From positions 11,822 through 75,821 of the forward strand of contig CAKQTH010000002.1 of assembly GCA_934276635.1 (NCBI GenBank): a stretch of DNA of 64,000 nt. Direction: 5' to 3'. Of the stretch, positions 1 to 9,715 are shown in pieces. The first letter of the stretch is position 1; each line of letters opens with the position of its first letter. The notes beneath the pieces are model-generated. The model worked only from the letters and a program-made list of their open reading frames with translations, had not been told where the DNA came from and did not search any database. A program made the translations under genes and the position numbers. The DNA comes from an uncultured Alphaproteobacteria bacterium (lineage in GTDB: Bacteria > Pseudomonadota > Alphaproteobacteria > RF32 > CAG-239).

Positions 1-453
1 GCCACACCTGCAGCCGATGACTGGTCCTGGGATCAGCTTGATACAGATACTGCCGCAGAAAAACCGGCGACAGCTTCCAAAGAAGTTGAAACCGCTACCC
101 AGAATTCGGATAATGATGACGATTTTGCAGAAAGAGACAACAGCGAGCCTGAACCGACAAGTCTGGAAGAAACAGAAGATAACAGCTGGGGATACGGCGA
201 AAGTGAAGAAGAGCCGGCTCAAAATGATCAATCCGGCGAAGATGATCAGGACTGGGAATGGGAGTATGAAGAAACCCCGACTGAGGGCGCTTCCGAACAA
301 GCCGAACAGACTGACGAAAATTCCGGCGGCCAGGACTGGGAGTGGGAATATGAAGAGGTTCCGGAAAGTCAATCTGCAGAACAATCCGACGGAAACTCCG
401 ATGATCAGGATTGGGAGTGGGAATATGAAGAAGACAACGGCGAGAACAAATAA
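1..453 (+). CDS. C-terminal part of an acidic Trp-repeat protein (5' end lies outside the window)
   Basis: Frame 1 is open from base 1 to a TAA at 451-453. It encodes three copies of the motif DQDWEWEYEE. The copies differ at synonymous third-codon positions (gac/gat, gaa/gag), which indicates purifying selection in this frame. The ORF-track call 17..463 is in frame 2 and gives a basic low-complexity product, so it is probably the wrong frame. Confidence 0.6.
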   Translation, partial: ATPAADDWSWDQLDTDTAAEKPATASKEVETATQNSDNDDDFAERDNSEPEPTSLEETEDNSWGYGESEEEPAQNDQSGEDDQDWEWEYEETPTEGASEQAEQTDENSGGQDWEWEYEEVPESQSAEQSDGNSDDQDWEWEYEEDNGENK

Positions 454-477
454 TCTTTCATAAAAAAGGATACGCAT

Positions 478-1038
478 ATGGAAAATCAAAATAATCAGCA
501 GAATTTCAACGATACGCAGCTAAATGCCGCCGATGAAAATTCCAAACTTGCTCAGACACCGGCTCCAGCGCAGCAAAATACCGCTGCGGCAACTACCGAT
601 GATTTGTGGTATCTTGACAACTACATTATGCTTAAAGATTATTATGACCGCACGGTTTCGCGAATTGCGGCAAGATGCATCAGAATGGGCAATATTGCGA
701 TTGAGGAATATCCTTTTTACAGCTATATCCTTGATGTCTTAGACGAAATCAGCAACACCGGCGATTACATCTTAAAAACTCCGGCGCTTTATCCTTATGT
801 TGAAAAAAGAATCAAAGGCGGAATGAACTCTTTTCGCAACAATCTGCTGCAATATAAACAGGAGCTTGAAAACAACTCTTCTCCCGAGATGATAAAAGAA
901 GACCCGACGGAAGTAAATCGCGCACGACAGATTTTGGGTACGGTTGACAAGTCTGTCGACCCGACCGTCGGCGCCGGCATGAACGCCGATGAGCTGATTG
1001 AAAAGCTTATGGCAGAACAACTGAAGAAAAACCAATAG
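478..1038 (+). CDS. hypothetical cytoplasmic protein, 186 aa
   Basis: ATG preceded by an AAAAAGGA ribosome-binding site. Uniform coding-like composition. I recognise no family. Confidence 0.5.
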   Translation: MENQNNQQNFNDTQLNAADENSKLAQTPAPAQQNTAAATTDDLWYLDNYIMLKDYYDRTVSRIAARCIRMGNIAIEEYPFYSYILDVLDEISNTGDYILKTPALYPYVEKRIKGGMNSFRNNLLQYKQELENNSSPEMIKEDPTEVNRARQILGTVDKSVDPTVGAGMNADELIEKLMAEQLKKNQ

Positions 1039-1050
1039 AGGCATATAGCG

Positions 1051-2319
1051 ATGAAACTTAACAACAAAAAAATATTTCTTTGCATAACCTTCTTTGCCGC
1101 AACAATCGCGCTCAGCGGCTGCAAAATGATCTCAAGACAAAAGCCGCAGGAAACGACTGTCCCGAACGATTATTTTGCTGAAGCGCAAGAGCCGCAAGCC
1201 CCGATTTTGCGTACCTTAAACGGCGCCAATGAGCTAGATTTGGAAACTCCTCTGCGCTGCAATGTAAACTGGAAAACTCAGGAGATGGTTCTCACCCTGC
1301 CCTACAACAACTCGTTTTTTAAATTTGAACGCAACGGCTTGAACAACAAGCTACCCCGTTTTGAGGTTGTAAACTTTTCTTTCGATGAAATGCCGGCCGA
1401 ACAAGCTTTGTTAAAACTGACAAAAGAAGCAGGAATTACCCTGACGGCAAAAGATGCGCCGTATACCAAAATTTCCGGAACCGGAATCAGCGGCGAATTT
1501 TCGGCCGTTGTTGATATGATTGCGGAAAAAGCCGAATTTTATTACTCTTACGATTCGTCAAAAAAGGTTATGACACTCTCCCGCAAAACAAACTTTACGC
1601 TGTATGCCCCGCATTCCCGCACAATTTTGCTCAGTCTGCTTGATGTAATCAGAGGTTCCGGCATTACCGACATCACTACCGACTGGTCTGATTATTCGCT
1701 GACTTTTGATGCCGATTTCGAGTTGCAGCAAAAGATGGAAAATCTGGTACAAACTTTTGAAGATAATCCGACGATGATTGCTTATGATGTCAATGTATTC
1801 CGCATCTATCCGAACAACGACTGCAAAGAAATTGAGTGGAAAAAGATGCTGAAAGAATTTGACTTCGGCACAATCACAACCGCAAAAACCAGCGTTATCG
1901 GCCGAGTTTTGACTACAACAGACGAGCTGAATATTGAAACTCTGCGCGCGTTTTTGGGCGGCCAGGCCAGCGTTGTTCAAATTTCCGAAGGAAAATTTGT
2001 GGTTCCGAGCGAATGGTTTGCCCGCTTTGATGTCGGCAAATGCACCGACAAAGACATAAAAGAAGCCGATTTGTCAATCCTCGGCAGAGCTACTTTGCAA
2101 AAAGACAATCGAATCTTTTCCGAGATTACGCTTGAATCGTCTCAGGGACAGATTTCTCAATTTAATGTCAGAAGCCGTTTGGGCGACAACTTTGTGATTA
2201 TCGGTATTCCGAACGCAATTTTCGGCGAAAACGCTCCGAAATCGGAAACCGTGATATTTATGGTACCAAGAATTATTCGTACTTTGAAGACTTCCGAACC
2301 TATTAAAAATAAATTGTAA
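1051..2319 (+). CDS. lipoprotein with secretin-like N-domain and C-terminal secretin-like domain
   Basis: Signal peptide plus lipobox (MKLNNKKIFLCITFFAATIALSGC). The segment VNFSFDEMPAEQALLKLTKEAGITLTA resembles a secretin N0/STN domain. The C-terminal RLGDNFVIIGIPNAIFGEN...SETVIFMVPRIIR resembles the secretin motif (vPlLGdIPllGxLF ... ELlIFItPriv). Confidence 0.45.
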   Translation: MKLNNKKIFLCITFFAATIALSGCKMISRQKPQETTVPNDYFAEAQEPQAPILRTLNGANELDLETPLRCNVNWKTQEMVLTLPYNNSFFKFERNGLNNKLPRFEVVNFSFDEMPAEQALLKLTKEAGITLTAKDAPYTKISGTGISGEFSAVVDMIAEKAEFYYSYDSSKKVMTLSRKTNFTLYAPHSRTILLSLLDVIRGSGITDITTDWSDYSLTFDADFELQQKMENLVQTFEDNPTMIAYDVNVFRIYPNNDCKEIEWKKMLKEFDFGTITTAKTSVIGRVLTTTDELNIETLRAFLGGQASVVQISEGKFVVPSEWFARFDVGKCTDKDIKEADLSILGRATLQKDNRIFSEITLESSQGQISQFNVRSRLGDNFVIIGIPNAIFGENAPKSETVIFMVPRIIRTLKTSEPIKNKL

Positions 2320-2332
2320 GGACAAAATTGTT

Positions 2333-3007
2333 ATGAGTGAAGATATTAATAAAACGGGAAATAACGGGCAGGAAAACCCTAACCGCCCGAAAATGATAAA
2401 GGTAAAAAGGCTGAAGCCGAAAAATCCGAATGCGCCGCGTCCGGCATATCCGTCTTCCGCTCAACCTCAGGCCGAAAGACAGCCGGTTCAACAGAATCTG
2501 ACTGTTTCAAACGGTATTTCCGATTTTATTCCTGACGACCCGTTTGCGAATCGCGACAGCATTACAAATTCGCCACAATATGTTGAGCCTCAGTATGATC
2601 CGGCCGATGATTATGACACCGATAACGCCGTGATGCATATGTTGCACGCTCAGCCGGTAAAAGTTATTGTTTTGGCATCAATGTTGTTCTTTGCCTTCGG
2701 ATTCGGCATTGCAAAAATGCTTTCTCCGGCCGAAACCGCGGTCAGAGAAGGATTGCAGGGCGTTGTTGTAAATCCGGAAGTCCCGCGCGGGAGAGCCCGT
2801 TGCGGTTTGGTTGACAAGACGCAAGGCTGTGTACTTTATATTATGAATCCGCAAAGGCAAGACCTTAATGCCCGCGATTTTTATGATTTGGCCTCACAGT
2901 TGACCGGGAGACAGCGGTTTGTGATTGATACCGGAAATATGAGGTATTCGAATGTGAAAATCAAACCGGGAGCAATTGCTCAGATTAATATCCCGCCGTT
3001 GCAATAA
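2333..3007 (+). CDS. bitopic membrane protein, 224 aa (Pro/Gln-rich cytoplasmic N-terminus, one TM, periplasmic C-domain)
   Basis: ORF with a ribosome-binding site. Central hydrophobic helix VKVIVLASMLFFAFGFGIA. Lies 14 nt downstream of the secretin-like gene. Confidence 0.5.
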   Translation: MSEDINKTGNNGQENPNRPKMIKVKRLKPKNPNAPRPAYPSSAQPQAERQPVQQNLTVSNGISDFIPDDPFANRDSITNSPQYVEPQYDPADDYDTDNAVMHMLHAQPVKVIVLASMLFFAFGFGIAKMLSPAETAVREGLQGVVVNPEVPRGRARCGLVDKTQGCVLYIMNPQRQDLNARDFYDLASQLTGRQRFVIDTGNMRYSNVKIKPGAIAQINIPPLQ

Positions 3008-3010
3008 CAC

Positions 3011-3042
3011 AAAAAACTCCGATTTTATATCGGAGTTTTTTA
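3011..3042. terminator. bidirectional rho-independent terminator between convergent genes
   Basis: Hairpin ACTCCGAT-tttat-ATCGGAGT flanked by an A-run and a T-run. It lies just 3' of both the 2333-3007 (+) and 3043-4809 (-) CDS. Confidence 0.6.
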
Positions 3043-4809
3043 TTATTCTTTGTTGCCGACAACCGTACTTCGGTTTTTGTCCACAATCATTTTTGCCGGC
3101 AGCCCATTTTCTATTTTTTCTCTGATTTTCGCATAATCAACTTCTGACGCGTCTTCTTTCAGCACAAGGGAGTGATTCCACTGAAAACGCGCTTCGTTTT
3201 TGCGTCCGGCATACCAATATGCATCACCCAGATGGTCGCATATAAGAGCATTCCCCGGCTTCATATTCGCAGCTTTTTCAAGCAGTTGCACTGCGTTTTT
3301 ATAATCACCTTTTTTATAATACGCCCAGCCCATACTGTCTATAATATGAGCATCATACGAGGCCTGTTCATATGCTTTTGATATAATCGAAAAGGCTTCA
3401 TCAATATTCATATCGCGGTCAATCATCGCATAGCCGAGATAATTTTCCACCATATAATTATTGTTGCTGAGGACGAGGGCTTTTCTGAGATATTTTTCTG
3501 CATTAGTCCAATCATTTTCGCGCTCGCTCACAATTCCCAAAGCATAATACACACCCCAATTTTTGGCATATATCATCGGTGATTCTTCAAGCAAAGTCTT
3601 ATAATATTTCAGCGCGTCTTTGTTGTTTCCGCTCATTCTCAAAGCTTCTCCGAGATCAAAGTACAGGTCTGTATTATTCGGATATTTTTTTATCAGATGG
3701 CGGATAAGTTTTTCGGCCTCGGCGTATTTTTCTTGCATCATACGAGCGCGAAAGATTTTGATTTGCGCCGTATAATATTCCACACTGGACGGGCTGATTG
3801 TCTCGTATATTTTAACCGCCTCATCATACATCGACGAATTTTCCAAAATTTCGCCCTGCATAATTCGGAAAAATGCATTATTTTCATCGGCAAAACCGGC
3901 CAGGCTGACAAACACATATTCTATCTCGGAGCCGAGATTCGCCGCCCGCATAAACGCCGCGCCGTTAACAATCGCATCTGCCGTTGCAAAGCGCGGATTT
4001 ACCGGACTTTTTTCTTTTCCTTCTTCTTCTGTGATAATTTTTTTCGCATACGATTTTTGCAAATTTTCAGCGATACCTTCATATTTATAGCGATTTGCCA
4101 AAGCTATTGCCTTAGCTTTTTGACCGGTACGCATATAAAAAGAAATAATAACGCGGAAATACCTGAAATTCAGCTCATAAGGTGTTTCGGCAATAATCTT
4201 TTCATAGAAGTCTTCGGCTTTTTTGTCGTCGCCGAAATATTCATTAAGCATACCGAGATTCATATTATATATGGAAGAAAGCCAGTCTTTGTCTTTTAAC
4301 TTTTCAATTTCGGCAAAAGCCTCTTTCTGCTTGCCCTCACCTGCATATGCCCAGCTCAAAAGAATCGGGCGCAAAAACGAATCGTACGGTTCGCCGTTCA
4401 TTTGCTTTATATACACATCTGCGGATGCATAATCATTTTTGACCACACTGTCAACCGCCAAAATTGTGAACAAAAGATTGTTATTTACGCCGTTGTCCAT
4501 TGCTTTGCGGGCATACTCAGCCGCCTCGGATATCTGTCCTTGAGCCGTCAAAATAACATAAACCTGTTCAAGAAGAGCCGGATTGTCTGGGTTTTTACTC
4601 AACACATTTGCATAATATGCCGAAGCTGTTGAAAAATCGCGGCGCGAAAGAGCAATTCTGCCCGCCAGATAGCTCCCGTATTGGCTGTCAAAAACGATGT
4701 GATTGCCGTAAAAATCAGCATCATCTTGATTTTCAAACACAAAATTTGAGCACGAATTGAAAAACAATACACTTGCGACAATAGCAAGTATACCACCCGT
4801 TTTTATCAT
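3043..4809 (-). CDS. large TPR-repeat protein with N-terminal signal peptide or lipoprotein signal (pilotin/PilF/TadD-like architecture but much larger)
   Basis: Multiple TPR-like repeats (AxxYYxxG, WAYAG, etc.). The ORF extends to 4953, but the likely start is an internal ATG at 4809 (MIKTGGILAIVASVLFFNSC) or 4830; upstream residues are basic low-complexity. Confidence 0.6.
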   Translation of the reverse strand: MIKTGGILAIVASVLFFNSCSNFVFENQDDADFYGNHIVFDSQYGSYLAGRIALSRRDFSTASAYYANVLSKNPDNPALLEQVYVILTAQGQISEAAEYARKAMDNGVNNNLLFTILAVDSVVKNDYASADVYIKQMNGEPYDSFLRPILLSWAYAGEGKQKEAFAEIEKLKDKDWLSSIYNMNLGMLNEYFGDDKKAEDFYEKIIAETPYELNFRYFRVIISFYMRTGQKAKAIALANRYKYEGIAENLQKSYAKKIITEEEGKEKSPVNPRFATADAIVNGAAFMRAANLGSEIEYVFVSLAGFADENNAFFRIMQGEILENSSMYDEAVKIYETISPSSVEYYTAQIKIFRARMMQEKYAEAEKLIRHLIKKYPNNTDLYFDLGEALRMSGNNKDALKYYKTLLEESPMIYAKNWGVYYALGIVSERENDWTNAEKYLRKALVLSNNNYMVENYLGYAMIDRDMNIDEAFSIISKAYEQASYDAHIIDSMGWAYYKKGDYKNAVQLLEKAANMKPGNALICDHLGDAYWYAGRKNEARFQWNHSLVLKEDASEVDYAKIREKIENGLPAKMIVDKNRSTVVGNKE

Positions 4810-4951
4810 AATTATCAGACCTTTTTCCATCTTTTTCACAATTCTTTTCTTTATTTTACACCGAAATCTTTTTTTTACAACATCTATCGTATATATGTGT
4901 AAATAATTGCTTTGTGTTGCAAATAAAGTATTTTTGTAATAATCTTTTGCC

Positions 4952-5710
4952 ATGACTGAAAATTATGACATAAAAAGCATTTTGGAATGGTATGTTTTGG
5001 CCGGAGTTGAAGAAACCTGCGGCGATTTGCCCGAACTTGCAAAAAAAGCGGAACCTGTCGCTTTGCCGACGCCGGAACCGTTGGCTCCTGCCGCTTCGGC
5101 CACACATCTGGCAAAGAAAAATGCCGCAATGCTTTGTGATAATATCAAAACGCTCGAGGAGCTCAAATCGGTTGTAGAGTCTTTTGAAGGTTGCGCTCTC
5201 AAGGCTCATGCCTCAAATACGGTTTTCGGCTGCGGCAATCCGTTGGCCAAAGTTATGTTTGTGGGCGAGGCTCCCGGCGCAGATGAAGATCGTCTGGGCG
5301 AACCTTTTGTCGGCCGTTGCGGCCAACTTTTGGACAAGATGATATCCGCCATCGGCTTAAACCGCAAAGACTGCTTCATCAGCAATATTTTGCCATGGCG
5401 CCCGCCCGGGAACAGGACCCCGACCGAAGGAGAAGTTGCAATCTGCCTTCCGTTTATCAAAAAACAAATAGAGCTTGTTTCGCCGGACTATATTGTTGCG
5501 TTGGGCGGCAGTGCTGCAAATGCTTTGCTTGATAATGCCGAGCCGATTTCCAAAATGCGCGGAAAATGGCTTGAATATACAACTGCGAACGGCAAAAAAG
5601 TTGAAATATTGGCAACATTTCACCCTGCGTATCTGCTGCGCAACAGCCTACAAAAAGCAAAATCGTGGAGCGATTTTTTAAGACTGGAGAAAAAATTATA
5701 CAATAATTAA
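4952..5710 (+). CDS. udg: uracil-DNA glycosylase, family 4 (Fe-S type)
   Basis: Motifs GEAPGADED and FHPAYLLR. The size of about 250 aa is typical. Confidence 0.8.
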   Translation: MTENYDIKSILEWYVLAGVEETCGDLPELAKKAEPVALPTPEPLAPAASATHLAKKNAAMLCDNIKTLEELKSVVESFEGCALKAHASNTVFGCGNPLAKVMFVGEAPGADEDRLGEPFVGRCGQLLDKMISAIGLNRKDCFISNILPWRPPGNRTPTEGEVAICLPFIKKQIELVSPDYIVALGGSAANALLDNAEPISKMRGKWLEYTTANGKKVEILATFHPAYLLRNSLQKAKSWSDFLRLEKKLYNN

Positions 5711-5787
5711 CAATTTGTGTGTTAGATTTTATCAAAATTGAGTTATTATTTTGAAATACATGTATTTATCAACTATAATGAGGATTT

Positions 5788-6555
5788 ATGATGAGCAAAA
5801 AATTTTTATTGGGAACCCTTTTGTCGGCAATGGCCGTTTTTACAATGAACGCAGCAAACGCCGCCGATGAAACTGAAGCTCCGAAAGTCAAAGAAATTCT
5901 GTTTAAGATTCACGACATAAAACCAAACAAAAACAAAGACGGGCTGGTAAAAAGCTGTAACTTTTTCGTAACTTTTTATAATCGTACGGACTTTGTTTTT
6001 GACGGCGCGACTCTTGATTTGTCATGGAAAGATGATACCGGAAACTATATTATAGAGCAAAATAAAAAGGCTCTTGCCGAATCTGATGACGAATATGCTG
6101 AAGATAACACAAAAAAGACTCCGGTTACCGAAGACAATTCCACCATCAAGTCAGAAGTTAAAAATGTCAGCACTTTCGTTGAAATGCCGGCATTAACTCC
6201 GTATACTCAGGGCACAGTTGCCGCTCGCCTGAATTCCGAAAAATGTTTTCTGCTGTTTGAAGAAACAAACTTCAGAGTTACATCTTGCAACCTGAAAAAT
6301 CAGGAAAATTCCGGCAACAGAACTCTTTCTAACTCAACCAACGAAAGAAGTGTTGAATCCTGCTCCAGAATGTTCAGATATGTATCGCCGAAAGATCCGG
6401 AATATTATCGCGAATTTAAGGCCGTATCAGTTGCCGAACAACAAAAATTGCTTCAAGATGCAACTCAGGAAGAAGTTGACAAGATTGAAACAAAATATCA
6501 GGGCGTTATCGCCAATATGGATTCGGCCAACAACATTTTGAGCAACATCCGCTAA
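5788..6555 (+). CDS. secreted hypothetical protein, 255 aa
   Basis: Signal peptide MMSKKFLLGTLLSAMAVFTMNAANA. Shares Cys-containing motifs with the next gene (CNFFVTFY...LDLSWKD vs CDISFVLF...LRVQWPK), so it is one of a paralog pair. Confidence 0.55.
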   Translation: MMSKKFLLGTLLSAMAVFTMNAANAADETEAPKVKEILFKIHDIKPNKNKDGLVKSCNFFVTFYNRTDFVFDGATLDLSWKDDTGNYIIEQNKKALAESDDEYAEDNTKKTPVTEDNSTIKSEVKNVSTFVEMPALTPYTQGTVAARLNSEKCFLLFEETNFRVTSCNLKNQENSGNRTLSNSTNERSVESCSRMFRYVSPKDPEYYREFKAVSVAEQQKLLQDATQEEVDKIETKYQGVIANMDSANNILSNIR

Positions 6556-6572
6556 TCAAAGGTTTAAAACAA

Positions 6573-7295
6573 ATGAAAATTCGGGCGCATATTTATCTCT
6601 TGGCTCTATCTTTTGGATTATCCTGCAATGCGTCAGCCCAGATGTTCGGTGATGATTTTGCGCCCAAAATAAACAATTCATTTCAAACAGAGCAGTTGCA
6701 AACCGAAAAGGCCGTTTCAAAAACCCAACCGGCAAATGACGGTTTCAGAAATTTGAAAGCATATTCGCGTCCCGCAACCTCAAGCACCACGAATACGGCA
6801 ATTTCTCGGGCTCAGCAACGCACACAGCCGCAGAACACGACTGCTGCGCAAAAGAGCTCTTCTGTTTCAACAACTGCGACCACAAAGGCCAAAAAGCCCA
6901 AAACTCCGCTCACGGTCAGAAAATTTCATATTACCGAGGACGGCAAAATAAATTTTGAAGAAGAAGAAAACATCTATCTTTATTATACCAACTTTAAGAT
7001 TACGCAGTTGTTGTCAGGACAGCCGCGCTGCGATATCAGCTTTGTTCTATTTACCAGCCTCAGCACCACGCTTTCAGACATAAGTCTGCGCGTTCAGTGG
7101 CCGAAGATTAACACCGGACTGCAGTTTCAAAATGTAAAACCGGGAGAGAAAAACTTTTACGACTATGCTTTTTACGGCGACGGGTGCTATTCGATGGACA
7201 AGCTTCCTAACATCGTGATTAACAGATGCCGAATCAAAGGGCGCACCCAAAAAGAATGCGCATCGTTATTCCGACTGCTCAGAAAAGGACAATAA
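6573..7295 (+). CDS. secreted hypothetical protein, 240 aa, paralogous to the preceding gene
   Basis: Signal peptide MKIRAHIYLLALSFGLSCNASA. Ser/Thr-rich linker. C-terminal domain similar to that of 5788-6555. Confidence 0.55.
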   Translation: MKIRAHIYLLALSFGLSCNASAQMFGDDFAPKINNSFQTEQLQTEKAVSKTQPANDGFRNLKAYSRPATSSTTNTAISRAQQRTQPQNTTAAQKSSSVSTTATTKAKKPKTPLTVRKFHITEDGKINFEEEENIYLYYTNFKITQLLSGQPRCDISFVLFTSLSTTLSDISLRVQWPKINTGLQFQNVKPGEKNFYDYAFYGDGCYSMDKLPNIVINRCRIKGRTQKECASLFRLLRKGQ

Positions 7296-7306
7296 TCTTT
7301 TGAATT

Positions 7307-7332
7307 AAGGAGGAAATTTTCCTCCTTTTTGT
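7307..7332 (+). terminator. rho-independent terminator
   Basis: AAGGAGG-aaatttt-CCTCCTT followed by a T-run, 12 nt after the stop at 7295. Confidence 0.65.
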
Positions 7333-7361
7333 TTGTCTGTGTTATCCGTAACACACGGCAT

Positions 7362-7396
7362 TAAACCACAAAAAAAGGCGCCATAGCGGCACCTTT
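7362..7396 (-). terminator. rho-independent terminator for rpsU
   Basis: On the minus-strand RNA, GGUGCC-gcuau-GGCGCC followed by a U7 run, immediately 3' of rpsU. Confidence 0.55.
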
Positions 7397-7416
7397 TTTA
7401 TAAATTCGAAACCAGA

Positions 7417-7623
7417 CTAGAATCCTTCTGTATCTAAGCGTTTGCGAAGTTGTTTTCTGGCGCGTCTGACAGCTTCTGCCTGACGACGAGCTTTCTTTTC
7501 GGAATTCTTTTCGTGACAACGACGAAGTTTCATCTCACGGAAAATACCTTCTCTCTGCATTTTCTTCTTCAGAATCTTCAACGACTGTGCAACATCATTT
7601 CCGATAACAGTAACTTGAACCAC
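7417..7623 (-). CDS. rpsU: 30S ribosomal protein S21
   Basis: 68 aa, very basic, with the typical S21 layout (MVQVTV...[16 protein letters not shown]...ARRQA). Confidence 0.85.
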   Translation of the reverse strand: MVQVTVIGNDVAQSLKILKKKMQREGIFREMKLRRCHEKNSEKKARRQAEAVRRARKQLRKRLDTEGF

Positions 7624-7713
7624 TTAAATCACCTCTTTTCAAAAATTTTATCTGGTTATTAACAAAAACTGAGTGTTTGTAGCATACAAAATACATTTAT
7701 GCAACAAAAATTT

Positions 7714-7926
7714 TTATGCAATGATATTCGGCATAATTTTAGCTTCAACACTCTGAATTTCTTTCTTAATCGAGTTTTTATCAGAGTTGAGTTTGCGTGC
7801 GGTGGCAAAGTCAATCAAACGACTCGCAGCAGCCAGCATTTTCATATCATGATTAACCCTGCGTTCTGCCAACTTTAATTCACACAAATGTTGTTGCAAT
7901 TTCATCAAATCTTTATTATTAAACAT
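7714..7926 (-). CDS. small hypothetical protein, 70 aa (possibly a DUF465-like coiled coil)
   Basis: ORF between rpsU and pfk with coiled-coil-like composition. The family assignment is uncertain. Confidence 0.35.
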   Translation of the reverse strand: MFNNKDLMKLQQHLCELKLAERRVNHDMKMLAAASRLIDFATARKLNSDKNSIKKEIQSVEAKIMPNIIA

Positions 7927-8064
7927 ATAGTTACTCTTCGTCCGATTAAAAAAATTGTAAAAATGAATCTTTTTACTGGAAATTTTATATCAAAATATGT
8001 ATGAGAGTATAAAACAATTTATATCAGATTTCAACAGAGATTTTTTTGCAGGAGACTTTTTATT

Positions 8065-9150
8065 ATGACGCAAAATAAAAAAATCGGCATTTTAACCAGC
8101 GGCGGCGACTGTGCTGGCCTTAATGCCGTAATTCGTTCGGTTGTTAATTGCGCAACTTCACTCGGCTGGACCGTATACGGAATTTGTGACGGGACAGAGG
8201 GTCTTACCGACAATCCGATGAGATACGAGATTTTAACGCCGCAAAACTTTTCGGATATGCCATGGCCGCGAGTCGCAGGTTCTTATTTGGGCTCGTTGAA
8301 CAAAGGCGTAAAAGTCGAAGACAAAGAAATCATCTCCAAAAAATTCGGCGAAGGAGCACGCAAGCTCGGCCTCAGCGCCGTAGTGGTTGTCGGCGGCGAC
8401 GGCAGTATGAACATTTTGAGCAACTATTGCAAAATTGCCGGCGTTAATATGATCGGTATTCCGAAGACTATGGATAACGACACTCCAATTACCGAATTGT
8501 CGGTCGGTTTTATAAGCTCTTTCCAAACCTGCACCGATGCGGTCGATTCGCTCAATAACACAGCTCGTTCGCACCATAGAGCGATGATTCTTGAAGTTAT
8601 GGGCCGCGATGCCGGACACCTTGCTATACGCACCGCTCTGGCCGGTTTTGCCGATGTATGCTTGGTTCCGGAAATTCCGTATACGATTGACGGAATTATC
8701 AACAAGCTCAAAGAAATTAAGGCTACCGGCCGTACACACTCAGTTATTGTTGTTTCCGAGGGCGTAAAGACCGAAACCGGCGAGCTTACGGATAGCGGTA
8801 CCACCAACCTTTTGGGTGAAAGAGTAAATGGAGGAATCGGCGATTATCTCACTCATGCGATTTCCGAAAGATACAAAGATTTTCAAATCAGATCAACCAA
8901 ACTCGGACATGTTCAAAGAGGTACCGATCCGATTGCCGAAGACCGCCTTTTGGCAACACTTTTCGGGGCAAAAGCCGTAGAATTGCTGCAAGAAGGACAA
9001 AGCAACTGCATGGTATCTTGGAACAACGGAAAAGTTATTTCCGTGCCGTTGGAAGAAGTTGTAAAAGTCGGCACCGCAACTTTGGATATTAACAGCGATT
9101 ATGTATCCGCAGCCAGAGCTTTGGGTATGTATATCGGAGATTTTAAATAA
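8065..9150 (+). CDS. pfkA: 6-phosphofructokinase, PFK-A family; ATP versus PPi specificity is ambiguous
   Basis: GGDGS motif (ATP-type Gly) together with GIPKTMDNDT (the Lys usually seen in PPi-PFK), plus MGRDAGHLA. 361 aa. Confidence 0.8.
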   Translation: MTQNKKIGILTSGGDCAGLNAVIRSVVNCATSLGWTVYGICDGTEGLTDNPMRYEILTPQNFSDMPWPRVAGSYLGSLNKGVKVEDKEIISKKFGEGARKLGLSAVVVVGGDGSMNILSNYCKIAGVNMIGIPKTMDNDTPITELSVGFISSFQTCTDAVDSLNNTARSHHRAMILEVMGRDAGHLAIRTALAGFADVCLVPEIPYTIDGIINKLKEIKATGRTHSVIVVSEGVKTETGELTDSGTTNLLGERVNGGIGDYLTHAISERYKDFQIRSTKLGHVQRGTDPIAEDRLLATLFGAKAVELLQEGQSNCMVSWNNGKVISVPLEEVVKVGTATLDINSDYVSAARALGMYIGDFK

Positions 9151-9227
9151 TTTGGAAAAATGTGCTTGACATAATGCTCAAAAGTATGTATTTAACAAGC
9201 AACAAACTATGAATAAAGGAAAAAGAA

Positions 9228-9512
9228 ATGGCTAGAAGATGTGATATCAGCGGTACAGGCGTTATGAGCGGCAATAATGTAAGCCACGCAAATAATAGAA
9301 CTCGTCGTCGTTTTTTGCCGAATCTGCAGATTGTTTCTTTGTTGAGCGAATCTTTGAATAAGATTTTCAAATTGAAAGTTTGCTCCAAAACTTTGAGAAC
9401 AATTGAGCACAACGGCGGTCTCGATGCTTATTTGGAAAAAACACCTGACGCAAAACTTAGCGACGAAGCTAAAAGAATCAAAAAGTCAGTTGCTAAAAAG
9501 AAGAATGCTTAG
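9228..9512 (+). CDS. rpmB: 50S ribosomal protein L28
   Basis: MARRCDISGTGVMSGNNVSHANNRTRRRFLPNLQ is a canonical L28 N-terminus. Confidence 0.85.
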   Translation: MARRCDISGTGVMSGNNVSHANNRTRRRFLPNLQIVSLLSESLNKIFKLKVCSKTLRTIEHNGGLDAYLEKTPDAKLSDEAKRIKKSVAKKKNA

Positions 9513-9530
9513 TTATTCGCTGGACTAACA

Positions 9531-9560
9531 AAAAAACTCCGTTTTTACGGAGTTTTTTTG
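9531..9560 (+). terminator. rho-independent terminator after rpmB
   Basis: CTCCG-tttta-CGGAG followed by a T7 run. Confidence 0.65.
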
Positions 9561-9715
9561 CGTCTGTCACAATTTTTTTCTGTATTTTTTATAATCAACA
9601 TACATTTCTTTATCTGTTTCATATATTTTTATCTCTTCTTTTTTAATCATTTCGGCATTCCGTTTTGAAAAAATAAAAAAAGGCAGCACATTAGCACCGC
9701 CCTCTTTTTTATTGC

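Noticed and set aside
17-463. ORF-track CDS in frame 2 (148 aa, basic low-complexity)
   Set aside because: Frame 1 over the same bases encodes an acidic protein with a triplicated DQDWEWEYEE motif whose nucleotide differences are synonymous. Frame 1 is the real frame.
9660-9715. Possible terminator hairpin downstream of rpoD (GGCAGCAC...GTGCTGCC with A/T runs)
   Set aside because: The stem pairs imperfectly in both orientations, so I did not list it as a feature.
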